A stretch of 64,000 nt of DNA. It comes from Eledone cirrhosa. Its lineage: Eukaryota. A program made the translations under genes and the position numbers. Location of the stretch: NCBI GenBank assembly GCA_964016885.1, contig OZ024740.1, positions 12,896,001 through 12,960,000 on the forward strand, given 5' to 3'. Positions 25,001 through 39,600 of this stretch are shown here, one piece after another; positions within the stretch are counted from its first letter, which is position 1; every line of letters begins with the position of its first letter. The notes under the pieces were generated by a model. It was not told the origin of the DNA. It worked only from the letters and a program-made list of their open reading frames with translations, and did not search any database.

Positions 25001-28000
25001 GTCTTGTCTCTAGTCTAATGTCTCTAGTCTAATGTCTTGTCTCTAGTCTAATGTCTTGTCTCTAGTCTAATGTCTCTAGTCTAATGTCTTTTCTCTAGTC
25101 TAACGTCTTGTCTCTAATCTAATGTCTCTAGTCTAATGTCTTGTCTCTAGTCTAATGTCTCTAGTCTAATGTCTTGTCTCTAGTTTAATGTATCTAGACT
25201 AATGTCTTGTCTCTAGTCTAATGTCTTGTCTCTAGTCTACCGTCTCTAGTCCAATGTCTTGCCTCTAGTCTAATGTCGTGTCTCTACTCTAATGTCGTGA
25301 CTCTAGCCTAATGTCTTGTCTCTAGACTAATGTCTCTAGTCTAATGTCTTGTCTCTAGTCTAATGTCTTGTCTCTAATCTAATGTCTCTAGTCTAATGTC
25401 TTGTTTCTAGTGCAATGTCTCTAGTCTAATGTCTTGTCTCTAGTCTAATGTCTTGTCTCTAGTCTAATGTCTTGTCTCTAGTCTAATGTCTTGTCTCTAT
25501 TCTAATATCCCTGGTCTAATGTGTTGTCTCTAATCTAATGTCTCTAGACTAATGTCTTGTTTCTAGTCTAATGTCTCTAGTCTAATGTCTCTAGTCTAAT
25601 GTCTTGTCTCTAGTCTAATGTCTCTAGTCTAATGTCTTGTCTCTAGTCTAATGTCTTGTCTCTAGTCTAATGTCTCTAGTCTAATGTCTTTTCTCTAGTC
25701 TAACGTCTTGTCTCTAATCTAATGTCTCTAGTCTAATGTCTTGTCTCTAGTCTAATGTCTCTAGTCTAATGTCTTGTCTCTAGTTTAATGTATCTAGACT
25801 AATGTCTTGTCTCTAGTCTAATGTCTTGTCTCTAGTCTACCGTCTCTAGTCTAATGTCTTGTCTCTAGTCTAATGTCTTGTCTCTTGTGTAATGTCTTAT
25901 CTCTAGTCTAATGTCTCCAGTCTAATGGCTTGTCTCTAGTCTAATGTCTTGTCTCTAATCTAATGTCTCTAGTCTAATGTCTTGTCTCTAATCTAATTTC
26001 TCTAGTATAATGTGTCTAGTCTAATGTCTTGTATCTAGTCTAATGTCTTGTCTCTAGTCTAATGTCTTGTCTCTAGTCTAATGTCTTGTCTCTAATCTAA
26101 TGTCTCTAGTCTAATGTCTTGTTTCTAGTGTAATGTCTCTAGTCTAATGTCTTGTCTCTAGTCTAATGTCTTGTCTCTAGTCTAATGTCTTGTCTCTAGT
26201 CTAATGTCTTGTCTCTAGTCTAATGTCAGTAGTCTAATGTCTTGTCTCTAGTCTAATGTCTTGTCTCTAGTCTAATGTCTTGTCTCTAATCTAATGTCTC
26301 TAGTCTAATGTCTTGTTTCTAGTGTAATGTCTCTAGTCTAATGTCTTGTCTCTAGTCTAATGTCTTGTCTCTAGTCTAATGTCTTGTCTCTATTCTAATA
26401 TCCCTGGTCTAATGTGTTGTCTCTAATCTAATGTCTCTAGACTAATGTCTTGTTTCTAGTCTAATGTCTCTAGTCTAATGTCTCTAGTCTAATGTCTTGT
26501 CTCTAGTATAATGTCTTGTCTCTAGTCTAATGTCTCTAGTCTAATGTCTTGTCTCTAGTCTAATGTCTTGTCTCTAAACTAATGTCTCTAGTCTAATGTA
26601 TCTAGACTAATGTCTTGTCTCTAGTCTAATGTCTCTAGTCTAATGTCTTTTCTCTAGTCTAACGTCTTGTCTCTAATCTAATGTCTCTAGTCTAATGTCT
26701 TGTCTCTAGTCTAATGTCTCTAGTCTAATGTCTTGTCTCTAGTTTAATGTATCTAGACTAATGTCTTGTCTCTAGTCTAATGTCTTGTCTCTAGTCTAAT
26801 GTCTTGTCTCTAGCCTAATGTCTTGTCTCTAGTCTAATGTCTTGTCTCTAGTCTAATATCTTGTCTCTAGTCTAATGTCTTGAATCTAGTCTAATGTTTT
26901 GTCTCTAGTGTAATGTCTCTAGTCAAATGTCTTGTCTCTAGTCTAATGTCTTGTCTCTAGTCTAATGTCTCTAGTCTAATGTCTTGTCTCTAGTCTAATG
27001 TCTTGTCCCTAGTCTAAAATCTCTAGTGTAATGTCTTGTCTTTAATCTAATGTCTTGTCTCTAGTTTAATGTCTTGTCTCTAGTCTAATGTCTCTAGTCT
27101 AATGACTTGTCTCTAGTCCAATGTCTTGCCTCTAGTCTAATGTCGTGTCTCTAGTCTAATGTCGTGACTCTAGCCTAATGCCTTGTCTCTAGACTAATGT
27201 CTCTAGTCTAATGTCTTGTCTCTAGTCTAATGTCTTGTCTCTAGTCTAATGTCTTGTCCCTAGTCTAATGTCTTGTCCCTAGTCTCATGTCTTGTCTCTA
27301 GTCTAATGTCTCTAGTCTAATGTCTCTAGTCTAATGTCTTGTCCCTAGTCTAATGTCTTGTCCCTAGTCTAACGTCTTGTCTCTAGTCTAATGTACTGTC
27401 TCTAGTCTAATTTCTTGTCTCTAGTCTAATGTCTTGTCTCTAGTCTAATGTCTTGTCTCTAGTCTAATGTCTCTAGTCTAATGTCTCTAGTCTAATGTCT
27501 TGTCTCTAGTCTAATGTCGTGTCTCTAGTCTCATGTCTTGTCTCTAGTCTAACGTCTTGTCTCTAGTCTAATATCTCTAGTCTAATGTCTTGTCTCTAGT
27601 TTCATGTCTTGTCTCTAGTATAATGTCTTGTCTCTAGTCTAATGTCTCTAGTTTAATGTCTTGTCTCTAGTCTAATGTCTCTAGTCTAATGTCTTGTCTC
27701 TAGTCTAATGTCTTGTCTCTAGTTTATTGTCTCTAGTCGAATGTATTGTCTCTAGTCTAATATCTTGTCTCTAGTCTAATATCTTGTCTCTAGTCTAACG
27801 TCTTGTCACTAGTCTAATGTCTCTAGTCTAATGTCTCTAGTCTAATATCTCTAGTCTAATGTCTTGTGTCTAGTCTAATGTCTGTAGTCTAATGTCTTGT
27901 ATCTAGTCTAAAGTCTTGTCTCTAGTCTAATGTCTCTAGTCTAATGTCTTGTCTCTAATCTAATACCCCTAGTCTAATATCTTGTCTCTAGTCTAACGTC

Positions 28001-28590
28001 TCTAGTCTAATGTCTTGTCTCTAGTCTAATATCTTGTCTCTAGTCTAATGTCTTGTCTCTAGTCTAATGTCTTGTCTCTAGTCTAATGTCTTGTCTCTAG
28101 TCTAATGTCTTGTCTCTAATCTAATGTCTCTAGTCTAATGTCTTGTTTCTAGTGCAATGTCTCTAGTCTAATGTCTTGTCTCTAGTCTAATGTCTTGTCT
28201 CTAGTCTAATGTCTTGTCTCTATTCTAATATCCCTGGTCTAATGTGTTGTCTCTAATCTAATGTCTCTAGACTAATGTCTTGTTTCTAGTCTAATGTCTC
28301 TAGTCTAATGTCTCTAGTCTAATGTCTTGTCTCTAGTATAATGTCTTGTCTCTAGTCTAATGTCTCTAGTCTAATGTCTTGTCTCTAGTCTAATGTCTTG
28401 TCTCTAGTCTAATGTCTCTAGTCTAATGTCTTTTCTCTAGTCTAACGTCTTGTCTCTAATCTAATGTCTCTAGTCTAATGTCTTGTCTCTAGTCTAATGT
28501 CTCTAGTCTAATGTCTTGTCTCTAGTTTAATGTATCTAGACTAATGTCTTGTCTCTAGTCTAATGTCTTGTCTCTAGTCTACCGTCGCTA
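21914..28590. repeat. Tandem duplication of about 3.33 kb
   Basis: Offset 3328 for GTCCAATG 21921/25249, AGTGCAATG 22081/25409, GAATC 23554/26882, TGCCTTG 23851/27179, CGTCTTGTCAC 24471/27799 and AATACCCC 24634/27962; offset 3342 at the end (ACCG 25239/28581). Confidence 0.9.
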
Positions 28591-31500
28591 GTCTAATGTC
28601 TTGTCTCTAGTCTACCGTCTCTAGTCTAATGTCTTGTCTCTAGTCTAATGTATCTAGTCTAATGTCTTGTCTCTTGTGTAATGTCTTATCTCTAGTCTAA
28701 TGTCTCCAGTCTAATGGCTTGTCTCTAGTCTAATGTCTTGTCTCTAATCTAATGTCTCTAGTCTAATGTCTTGTCTCTAATCTAATTTCTCTAGTATAAT
28801 GTGTCTAGTCTAATGTCTTGTATCTAGTCTAATGTCTTGTCTCTAGTCTAATGTCTCTAGTCTAATGTCTTGTGTCTAGTCTAATGTCTCTAGTATAATG
28901 TCTTGTCTCTAGTCTAATGTCTCTACTCTAATGTCTTGATCTAGTCTAATGTCTTGTCCCTAGTCTCATGTCTTGTCTCTAGTCTAATGTCTCTAGTCTA
29001 ATGTCTTGTCTCTAGTCTAATGTCTTGTCTCTAGTCTAATGTCGTGTCTCTAGTCTCATGTCTTGTCTCTAGTCTAACGTCTTGTCTCTAGTCTAATATC
29101 TCTAGTCTAATGTCTTGTCTCTAGTTTCATGTCTTGTCTCTAGTATAATGTCTTGTCTCTAGTCTAATGTCTCTAGTTTAATGTCTTGTCTCTAGTCTAA
29201 TGTCTTGTCTCTAGTCTAATGTCTTGTCTCTAGTCTATTGTCTCTAGTCGAATGTATTGTCTCTAGTCTAATATCTTGTCTCTAGTCTAATATCTTGTCT
29301 CTAGTCTAACGTCTTGTATCTAGTCTAATGTCTCTAGTCTAATGTCTCTAGTCTAATATCTCTAGTCTAATGTCTTGTGTCTAGTCTAATGTCTGTAGTC
29401 TAATGTCTTGTATCTAGTCTAAAGTCTTGTCTCTAGTCTAATGTCTCTAGTCTAATGTCTTGTCTCTAATCTAATACCCCTAGTCTAATATCTTGTCTCT
29501 AGTCTAATGTCTCTAGTCTAATGTCTTGTCTCTAGTCTAATATCTTGTCTCTAGTCTAATGTCTTGTCTCTAGTCTAATGTCTTGTCTCTAGTCTAATGT
29601 CTTGTCTCTAGTCTAATGTCAGTAGTCTAATGTCTTGTCTCTAGTCTAATGTCTTGTCTCTAGTCTAATGTCTTGTTTCTAATCTAATGTCTCTAGTCTA
29701 ATGTCTTGTTTCTAGTGTAATGTCTCTAGTCTAATGTCTTGTCTCTAGTCTAATGTCTTGTCTCTAGTCTAATGTCTTGTCTCTATTCTAATATCCCTGG
29801 TCTAATGTGTTGTCTCTAATCTAATGTCTCTAGACTAATGTCTTGTTTCTAGTCTAATGTCTCTAGTCTAATGTCTCTAGTCTAATGTCTTGTCTCTAGT
29901 ATAATGTCTTGTCTCTAGTAGAATGTCTCTAGTCTAATGTCTTGTCTCTAGTCTAATGTCTTGTCTCTAAACTGATGTCTCTAGTCTAATGTATCTAGAC
30001 TAATGTCTTGTCTCTAGTCTAATGTCTCTAGTCTAACGTCTTTTCTCTAGTCTAACGTCTTGTCTCTAATCTAATGTCTCTAGTCTAATGTCTTTTCTCT
30101 AGTCTAACGTCTTGTCTCTAATCTAATGTCTCTAGTCTAATGTATCTAGACTAATGTCTTGTCTCTAGTCTAATGTCTTGTCTCTAGTCTAACGTCTCTA
30201 GTCTAATGTCTTGTCTCTAGTCTAATGTATCTAGTCTAATGTCTTGTCTCTTGTGTAATGTCTTATCTCTAGTCTAATGTCTCCAGTCTAATGGCTTGTC
30301 TCTAGTCTAATGTCTTGTCTCTAGTCTAATGTCTTGTCTCTAATCTAATGTCTCTAGTCTAATGTCTTGTCTCTAATCTAATTTCTCTAGTATAATGTCT
30401 CTAGTCTAATGTCTTGTATCTAGTCTAATGTCTTGTCTCTAGTCTAATGTCTCTAGTCTAATGTCTTGTCTCTCGTCTAATGTCTTGTCTCTAATCTAAT
30501 GTCCCTAGGCTAATGTCTTGTTTCTAGTCTAATGTCTCTAGTCCAATATTTTGTCTCTAGTCTAATGTCTTGTCTCTAGACTAATGTTTCTAGTCTAATG
30601 TCTCTAGTCCAATGTCTTGCCTCTAGTCTAATGTCGTGTCTCTAGTCTAATGTCGTGACTCTAGCCTAATGTCTTGTCTCTAGACTAATGTCTCTAGTCT
30701 AATGTCTTGTCTCTAGTGTAATGTCTTGTCTCTAGTCTAATGTCTTGTCCCTAGTCTAATGTCTTGTCCCTAGTATCATGTCGTGTCTCTAGTCTAATGT
30801 CTCTAGTCTAATGTCTCTAGTCTAATGTCTTGTCCCTAGTCTAATGTCTTGTCCCTAGTCTAACGTCTTGTCTCTAGTCTAATGTACTGTCTCTAGTCTA
30901 ATTTCTTGTCTCTAGTCTAATGTCTTGTCTCTAGTCTAATGTCTTGTCTCTAGTCTAATGTCTCTAGTCTAATGTCTCTAGTCTAATGTCTTGTCTCTAG
31001 TCTAATGTCGTGTCTCTAGTCTCATGTCTTGTCTCTAGTCTAACGTCTTGTCTCTAGTCTAATATCTCTAGTCTAATGTCTTGTCTCTAGTTTCATGTCT
31101 TGTCTCTAGTATAATGTCTTGTCTCTAGTCTAATGTCTCTAGTTTAATGTCTTGTCTCTAGTCTAATGTCTCTAGTCTAATGTCTTGTCTCTAGTCTAAT
31201 GCCTTGTCTCTAGTCTATTGTCTCTAGTCGAATGTATTGTCTCTAGTCTAATATCTTGTCTCTAGTCTAATATCTTGTCTCTAGTCTAACGTCTTGTCTC
31301 TAGTCTAATGTCTCTAGTCTAATGTCTCTAGTCTAATATCTCTAGTCTAATGTCTTGTGTCTAGTCTAATGTCTGTAGTCTAATGTCTTGTATCTAGTCT
31401 AAAGTCTTGTCTCTAGTCTAATGTCTCTAGTCTAATGTCTTGTCTCTAATCTAATACCCCTAGTCTAATATCTTGTCTCTAGTCTAATGTCTCTAGTCTA

Positions 31501-34500
31501 ATGTATTGTCTCTAGTCTAATATCTTGTCTCTAGTCTAATGTCTTGTCTCTAGTCTAATGTCTTGTCTCTAGTCTAATGTCTTGTCTCTAGTCTAATGTC
31601 AGTAGTCTAATGTCTTGTTTCTAGTCTAATGTCTTGTCTCTAGTCTAATGTCTTGTCTCTAATCTAATGTCTCTAGTCTAATGTCTTGTTTCTAGTGCAA
31701 TGTCTCTAGTCTAATGTCTTGTCTCTAGTCTAATGTCTTGTCTCTAGTCTAATGTCTTGTCTCTAGTCTAATGTCTTGTCTCTATTCTAATATCCCTGGT
31801 CTAATGTGTTGTCTCTAATCTAATGTCTCTAGACTAATGTCTTGTTTCTAGTCTAATGTCTCTAGTCTAATGTCTCTAGTCTAATGTCTTGTGTCTAGTA
31901 TAATGTCTTGTCTCTAGTCTAATGTCTCTAGTCTAATGTCTTGTCTCTAGTCTAATGTCTTGTCTCTAAACTAATGTCTCTAGTCTAATGTATCTAGACT
32001 AATGTCTTGTCTCTAGTCTAATGTCTCTAGTCTAATGTCTCTAGTCTAATGTCTTTTCTCTAGTCTAACGTCTTGTCTCTAATCTAATGTCTCTAGTCTA
32101 ATGTCTCTAGTCTAATGTCTTGTCTCTAGTTTAATGTATCTAGACTAATGTCTTGTCTCTAGTCTAATGTCTTGTCTCTAGTCTACCGTCTCTAGTCTAA
32201 TGTCTTGTCTCTAGTCTAATGTATCTAGTCTAATGTCTTGTCTCTTGTGTAATGTCTTATCTCTAGTCTAATGTCTCCAGTCTAATGGCTTCTCTCTAGT
32301 CTAATGTCTTGTCTCTAATCTAATGTCTCTAGTCTAATGTCTTGTCTCTAATCTAATTTCTCTAGTATAATGTGTCTAGTCTAATGTCTTGTATCTAGTC
32401 TAATGTCTTGTCTCTAGTCTAATGTCTCTAGTCTAATGTCTTGTGTCTAGTCTAATGTCTTGTCTCTAATCTAATGTCCCTAGGCTAATGTCTTGTTTCT
32501 AGTCTAATGTCTCTAGTCTAATATTTCGTCTCTAGTCTAATGTCTTGTCTCTAGTCTAATGTTTCTAGTCTAATGTCTCTAGTCTAATGTCTTGTCTCTA
32601 ATCTAATGTCTCTAGTCTAACGTCTTATCTCTAGTCTAATGTCTCTAGTCTAATATTTCGTCTCTAGTCTAATGTCTTGTCTCTAGTCTAATGTTTCTAG
32701 TCTAATGTCTCTAGTCTAATGTCTTGTCTCTAATCTAATGTCTCTAGTCTAATGTCTTGTCTCTAGTCTAATGTCTTGTCTCTAGCCTAATGTCTTGTCT
32801 CTAGTCTAATGTCTCTAGTCTAATGTTTCTTGTCTAATGTCTTGTCTCTAGTCTAATGTCACTAGTCTAATGTCTCTAGTCTATTGTCTCCAGTCTAATG
32901 TCTCTAGTCTAATGTCTTGTCTCTAGTCTAATGTCTCTAGCCTAATGTCTTGTCTCTAGTCTAATGTCTTGTCCCTAGTCTCATGTCTTGTCTCTAGTCT
33001 AATGTCTCTAGTCTAATGTCTTGTCTCTAGTCTAATGTCTTGTCTCTAGTCTAATGTCGTGTCTCTAGTCTCATGTCTTGTCTCTAGTCTAACGTCTTGT
33101 CTCTAGTCTAATATCTCTAGTCTAATGTCTTGTCTCTAGTTTCATGTCTTATCTCTAGTATAATGTCTTGTCTCTAGTCGAATGTCTCTAGTTTAATGTC
33201 TTGTCTCTAGTCTAATGTCTCTAGTCTAATGTCTTGTCTCTAGTCTAATGTCTTGTCTCTAGTCTATTGTCTCTAGTCGAATGTATTGTCTCTAGTCTAA
33301 TATCTTGTCTCTAGTCTAATATCTTGTCTCTAGTCTAACGTCTTGTCTCTAGTCTAATGTCTCTAGTCTAATGTCTCTAGTCTAATATCTCTAGTCTATT
33401 GTCTTGTGTCTAGTCTAATGTCTGTAGTCTAATGTCTTGTATCTAGTCTAAAGTCTTGTCTCTAGTCTAATGTCTCTAGTCTAATGTCTTGTCTCTAATC
33501 TAATACCCCTAGTCTAATATCTTGTCTCTAGTCTAATGTCTCTAGTCTAATGTCTTGTCTCTAGTCTAATATCTTGTCTCTAGTCTAATGTCTTGTCTCT
33601 AGTCTAATGTCTTGTCTCTAGTCTAATGTCTTGTCTCTAGTCTAATGTCAGTAGTCTAATGTCTTGTCTCTAGTCTAATGTCTTGTCTCTAGTCTAATGT
33701 CTTGTTTCTAATCTAATGTCTCTAGTCTAATGTCTTGTTTCTAGTGTAATGTCTCTAGTCTAATGTCTTGTCTCTAGTCTAATGTCTTGTCTCTAGTCTA
33801 ATGTCTTGTCTCTATTCTAATATCCCTGGTCTAATGTGTTGTCTCTAATCTAATGTCTCTAGACTAATATCTTGTTTCTAGTCTAATGTCTCTAGTCTAA
33901 TGTCTCTAGTCTAATGTCTTGTCTCTAGTATAATGTCTTGTCTCTAGTAGAATGTCTCTAGTCTAATGTCTTGTCTCTAGTCTAATGTCTTGTCTCTAAA
34001 CTAATGTCTCTAGTCTAATGTATCTAGACTAATGTCTTGTCTCTAGTCTAATGTCTCTTGTCTAATGTCTTTTCTCTAGTCTAACGTCTTGTCTCTAATC
34101 TAATGTCTCTAGTCTAATGTCTTGTCTCTAGTCTAATGTCTCTAGTCTAATGTCTTGTCTCTAGTCTAATGTATCTAGACTAATGTCTTGTCTCTAGTCT
34201 AATGTCTTGTCTCTAGTCTAACGTCTCTAGTCTAATGTCTTGTCTCTAGTCTAATGTCTTGTCTCTAGTCTAATGTATCTAGTCTAATGCCTTGTCTCTT
34301 GTGTAATGTCTTATCTCTAGTCTAATGTCTCCAGTCTAATGGCTTGTCTCTAGTCTAATGTCTTGTCTCTAGTCTAATGTCTTGTCTCTAGTCTAATGTC
34401 TCTAGTCTAATGACTTGTCTCTAGTCCAATGTCTTGCCTCTAGTCTAATGTCGTGTCTCTAGTCTAATGTCGTGACTCTAGCCTAATGTCTTGTCTCTAG

Positions 34501-36670
34501 ACTAATGTCTCTAGTCTAATGTCTTGTCTCTAGTCTAATGTCTTGTCTCTAGTCTAATGTCTTGTCCCTAGTCTAATGTCTTGTCCCTAGTCTCATGTCT
34601 TGTCTCTAGTCTAATGTCTCTAGTCTAATGTCTCTAGTCTAATGTCTTGTCCCTAGTCTAATGTCTTGTCCCTAGTCTAACGTCTTGTCTCTAGTCTAAT
34701 GTACTGTCTCTAGTCTAATTTCTTGTCTCTAGTCTAATGTCTTGTCTCTAGTCTAATGTCTTGTCTCTAGTCTAATGTCTCTAGTCTAATGTCTCTAGTC
34801 TAATGTCTTGTCTCTAGTCTAATGTCGTGTCTCTAGTCTCATGTCTTGTCTCTAGTCTAACGTCTTGTCTCTAGTCTAATATCTCTAGTCTAATGTCTTG
34901 TCTCTAGTTTCATGTCTTGTCTCTAGTATAATGTCTTGTCTCTAGTCTAATGTCTCTAGTTTAATGTCTTGTCTCTAGTCTAATGTCTCTAGTCTAATGT
35001 CTTGTCTCTAGTCTAATGTCTTGTCTCTAGTTTATTGTCTCTAGTCGAATGTATTGTCTCTAGTCTAATATCTTGTCTCTAGTCTAATATCTTGTCTCTA
35101 GTCTAACGTCTTGTCACTAGTCTAACGTCTCTAGTCTAATGTCTCTAGTCTACTATCTCTAGTCTAATGTCTTGTGTCTAGTCTAATGTCTGTAGTCTAA
35201 TGTCTTGTATCTAGTCTAAAGTCTTGTCTCTAGTCTAATGTCTCTAGTCTAATGTCTTGTCTCTAATCTAATACCCCTAGTCTAATATCTTGTCTCTAGT
35301 CTAACGTCTCTAGTCTAATGTCTTGTCTCTAGTCTAATATCTTGTCTCTAGTCTAATGTCTTGTCTCTAGTCTAATGTCTTGTCTCTAGTCTAATGTCTT
35401 GTCTCTAGTCTAATGTCTTGTCTCTAATCTAATGTCTCTAGTCTAATGTCTTGTTTCTAGTGCAATGTCTCTAGTCTAATGTCTTGTCTCTAGTCTAATG
35501 TCTTGTCTCTAGTCTAATGTCTTGTCTCTATTCTAATATCCCTGGTCTAATGTGTTGTCTCTAATCTAATGTCTCTAGACAAATGTCTTGTTTCTAGTCT
35601 AATGTCTCTAGTCTAATGTCTCTAGTCTAATGTCTTGTCTCTAGTATAATGTCTTGTCTCTAGTCTAATGTCTCTAGTCTAATGTCTTGTCTCTAGTCTA
35701 ATGTCTTGTCTCTAGTCTAATGTCTCTAGTCTAATGTCTTTTCTCTAGTCTAACGTCTTGTCTCTAATCTAATGTCTCTAGTCTAATGTCTTGTCTCTAG
35801 TCTAATGTCTCTAGTCTAATGTCTTGTCTCTAGTTTAATGTATCTAGACTAATGTCTTGTCTCTAGTCTACCGTCTCTAGTCTAATGTCTTGTCTCTAGT
35901 CTAATGTATCTAGTCTAATGTCTTGTCTCTTGTGTAATGTCTTATCTCTAGTCTAATGTCTCCAGTCTAATGGCTTGTCTCTAGTCTAATGTCTTGTCTC
36001 TAATCTAATGTCTCTAGTCTAATGTCTTGTCTCTAATCTAATTTCTCTAGTATAATGTGTCTAGTCTAATGTCTTGTATCTAGTCTAATGTCTTGTCTCT
36101 AGTCTAATGTCTCTAGTCTAATGTCTTGTGTCTAGTCTAATGTCTCTAGTATAATGTCTTGTCTCTAGTCTAATGTCTCTACTCTAATGTCTTGATCTAG
36201 TCTAATGTCTTGTCCCTAGTCTCATGTCTTGTCTCTAGTCTAATGTCTCTAGTCTAATGTCTTGTCTCTAGTCTAATGTCTTGTCTCTAGTCTAATGTCG
36301 TGTCTCTAGTCTCATGTCTTGTCTCTAGTCTAACGTCTTGTCTCTAGTCTAATATCTCTAGTCTAATGTCTTGTCTCTAGTTTCATGTCTTGTCTCTAGT
36401 ATAATGTCTTGTCTCTAGTCTAATGTCTCTAGTTTAATGTCTTGTCTCTAGTCTAATGTCTCTAGTCTAATGTTTGTCTCTAGTCTAATGTCTTGTCTCT
36501 AGTCTATTGTCTCTAGTCGAATGTATTGTCTCTAGTCTAATATCTTGTCTCTAGTCTAATATCTTGTCTCTAGTCTAACGTCTTGTCTCTAGTCTAATGT
36601 CTCTAGTCTAATGTCTCTAGTCTAATATCTCTAGTCTAATGTCTTGTGTCTAGTCTAATGTCTGTAGTCT

Positions 36671-39600
36671 AATGTCTTGTATCTAGTCTAAAGTCTTGTC
36701 TCTAGTCTAATGTCTCTAGTCTAATGTCTTGTCTCTAATCTAATACCCCTAGTCTAATATCTTGTCTCTAGTCTAATGTCTCTAGTCTAATGTCTTGTCT
36801 CTAGTCTAATATCTTGTCTCTAGTCTAATGTCTTGTCTCTAGTCTAATGTCTTGTCTCTAGTCTAATGTCTTGTCTCTAGTCTAATGTCAGTAGTCTAAT
36901 GTCTTGTCTCTAGTCTAATGTCTTGTCTCTAGTCTAATGTCTTGTTTCTAATCTAATGTCTCTAGTCTAATGTCTTGTTTCTAGTGTAATGTCTCTAGTC
37001 TAATGTCTTGTCTCTAGTCTAATGTCTTGTCTCTAGTCTAATGTCTTGTCTCTATTCTAATATCCCTGGTCTAATGTGTTGTCTCTAATCTAATGTCTCT
37101 AGACTAATGTCTTGTTTCTAGTCTAATGTCTCTAGTCTAATGTCTCTAGTCTAATGTCTTGTCTCTAGTATAATGTCTTGTCTCTAGTAGAATGTCTCTA
37201 GTCTAATGTCTTGTCTCTAGTCTAATGTCTTGTCTCTAAACTGATGTCTCTAGTCTAATGTATCTAGACTAATGTCTTGTCTCTAGTCTAATGTCTCTAG
37301 TCTAATGTCTTTTCTCTAGTCTAACGTCTTGTCTCTAATCTAATGTCTCTAGTCTAATGTCTTTTCTCTAGTCTAACGTCTTGTCTCTAATCTAATGTCT
37401 CTAGTCTAATGTATCTAGACTAATGTCTTGTCTCTAGTCTAATGTCTTGTCTCTAGTCTAACGTCTCTAGTCTAATGTCTTGTCTCTAGTCTAATGTATC
37501 TAGTCTAATGTCTTGTCTCTTGTGTAATGTCTTATCTCTAGTCTAATGTCTCCAGTCTAATGGCTTGTCTCTAGTCTAATGTCTTGTCTCTAGTCTAATG
37601 TCTTGTCTCTAATCTAATGTCTCTAGTCTAATGTCTTGTCTCTAATCTAATTTCTCTAGTATAATGTCTCTAGTCTAATGTCTTGTATCTAGTCTAATGT
37701 CTTGTCTCTAGTCTAATGTCTCTAGTCTAATGTCTTGTCTCTCGTCTAATGTCTTGTCTCTAATCTAATGTCCCTAGGCTAATGTCTTGTTTCTAGTCTA
37801 ATGTCTCTAGTCCAATATTTTGTCTCTAGTCTAATGTCTTGTCTCTAGACTAATGTTTCTAGTCTAATGTCTCTAGTCCAATGTCTTGCCTCTAGTCTAA
37901 TGTCGTGTCTCTAGTCTAATGTCGTGACTCTAGCCTAATGTCTTGTCTCTAGACTAATGTCTCTAGTCTAATGTCTTGTCTCTAGTGTAATGTCTTGTCT
38001 CTAGTCTAATGTCTTGTCCCTAGTCTAATGTCTTGTCCCTAGTCTCATGTCGTGTCTCTAGTCTAATGTCTCTAGTCTAATGTCTCTAGTCTAATGTCTT
38101 GTCCCTAGTCTAATGTCTTGTCCCTAGTCTAACGTCTTGTCTCTAGTCTAATGTACTGTCTCTAGTCTAATTTCTTGTCTCTAGTCTAATGTCTTGTCTC
38201 TAGTCTAATGTCTTGTCTCTAGTCTAATGTCTCTAGTCTAATGTCTCTAGTCTAATGTCTTGTCTCTAGTCTAATGTCGTGTCTCTAGTCTCATGTCTTG
38301 TCTCTAGTCTAACGTCTTGTCTCTAGTCTAATATCTCTAGTCTAATGTCTTGTCTCTAGTTTCATGTCTTGTCTCTAGTATAATGTCTTGTCTCTAGTCT
38401 AATGTCTCTAGTTTAATGTCTTGTCTCTAGTCTAATGTCTCTAGTCTAATGTCTTGTCTCTAGTCTAATGTCTTGTCTCTAGTCTATTGTCTCTAGTCTA
38501 ATGTCTCTAGTTTAATGTCTTGTCTCTAGTCTAATGTCTCTAGTCTAATGTCTTGTCTCTAGTCTCATGTCTTGTCTCTAGTCTAACGTCTTGTCTCTAG
38601 TCTAATATCTCTAGTCTAATGTCTTGTCTCTAGTTTCATGTCTTGTCTCTAGTATAATGTCTTGTCTCTAGTCTAATGTCTCTAGTCTAATGTCTTGTCT
38701 CTAGTCTAATGTCTTGTCTCTAGTCTAATGTCTCTAGTCTAATGTCTTGTCTCTAGTCTAATGTCGTGTCTCTAGTCTCATGTCTTGTCTCTAGTCTAAC
38801 GTCTTGTCTCTAGTCTAATATCTCTAGTCTAATGTCTTGTCTCTAGTTTCATGTCTTGTCTCTAGTATAATGTCTTGTATCTAGTCTAAAGTCTTGTCTC
38901 TAGTCTAATGTCTCTAGTCTAATGTCTTGTCTCTAATCTAATACCCCTAGTCTAATATCTTGTCTCTAGTCTAATGTCTCTAGTCTAATGTCTTGTCTCT
39001 AGTCTAATATCTTGTCTCTAGTCTAATGTCTTGTCTCTAGTCTAATGTCTTGTCTCTAGTCTAATGTCTTGTCTCTAGTCTAATGTCAGTAGTCTAATGT
39101 CTTGTCTCTAGTCTAATGTCTTGTCTCTAGTCTAATGTCTTGTTTCTAATCTAATGTCTCTAGTCTAATGTCTTGTTTCTAGTGTAATGTCTCTAGTCTA
39201 ATGTCTTGTCTCTAGTCTAATGTCTTGTCTCTAGTCTAATGTCTTGTCTCTATTCTAATATCCCTGGTCTAATGTGTTGTCTCTAATCTAATGTCTCTAG
39301 ACTAATGTCTTGTTTCTAGTCTAATGTCTCTAGTCTAATGTCTCTAGTCTAATGTCTTGTCTCTAGTATAATGTCTTGTCTCTAGTAGAATGTCTCTAGT
39401 CTAATGTCTTGTCTCTAGTCTAATGTCTTGTCTCTAAACTGATGTCTCTAGTCTAATGTATCTAGACTAATGTCTTGTCTCTAGTCTAATGTCTCTAGTC
39501 TAATGTCTTTTCTCTAGTCTAACGTCTTGTCTCTAATCTAATGTCTCTAGTCTAATGTCTTTTCTCTAGTCTAACGTCTTGTCTCTAATCTAATGTCTCT

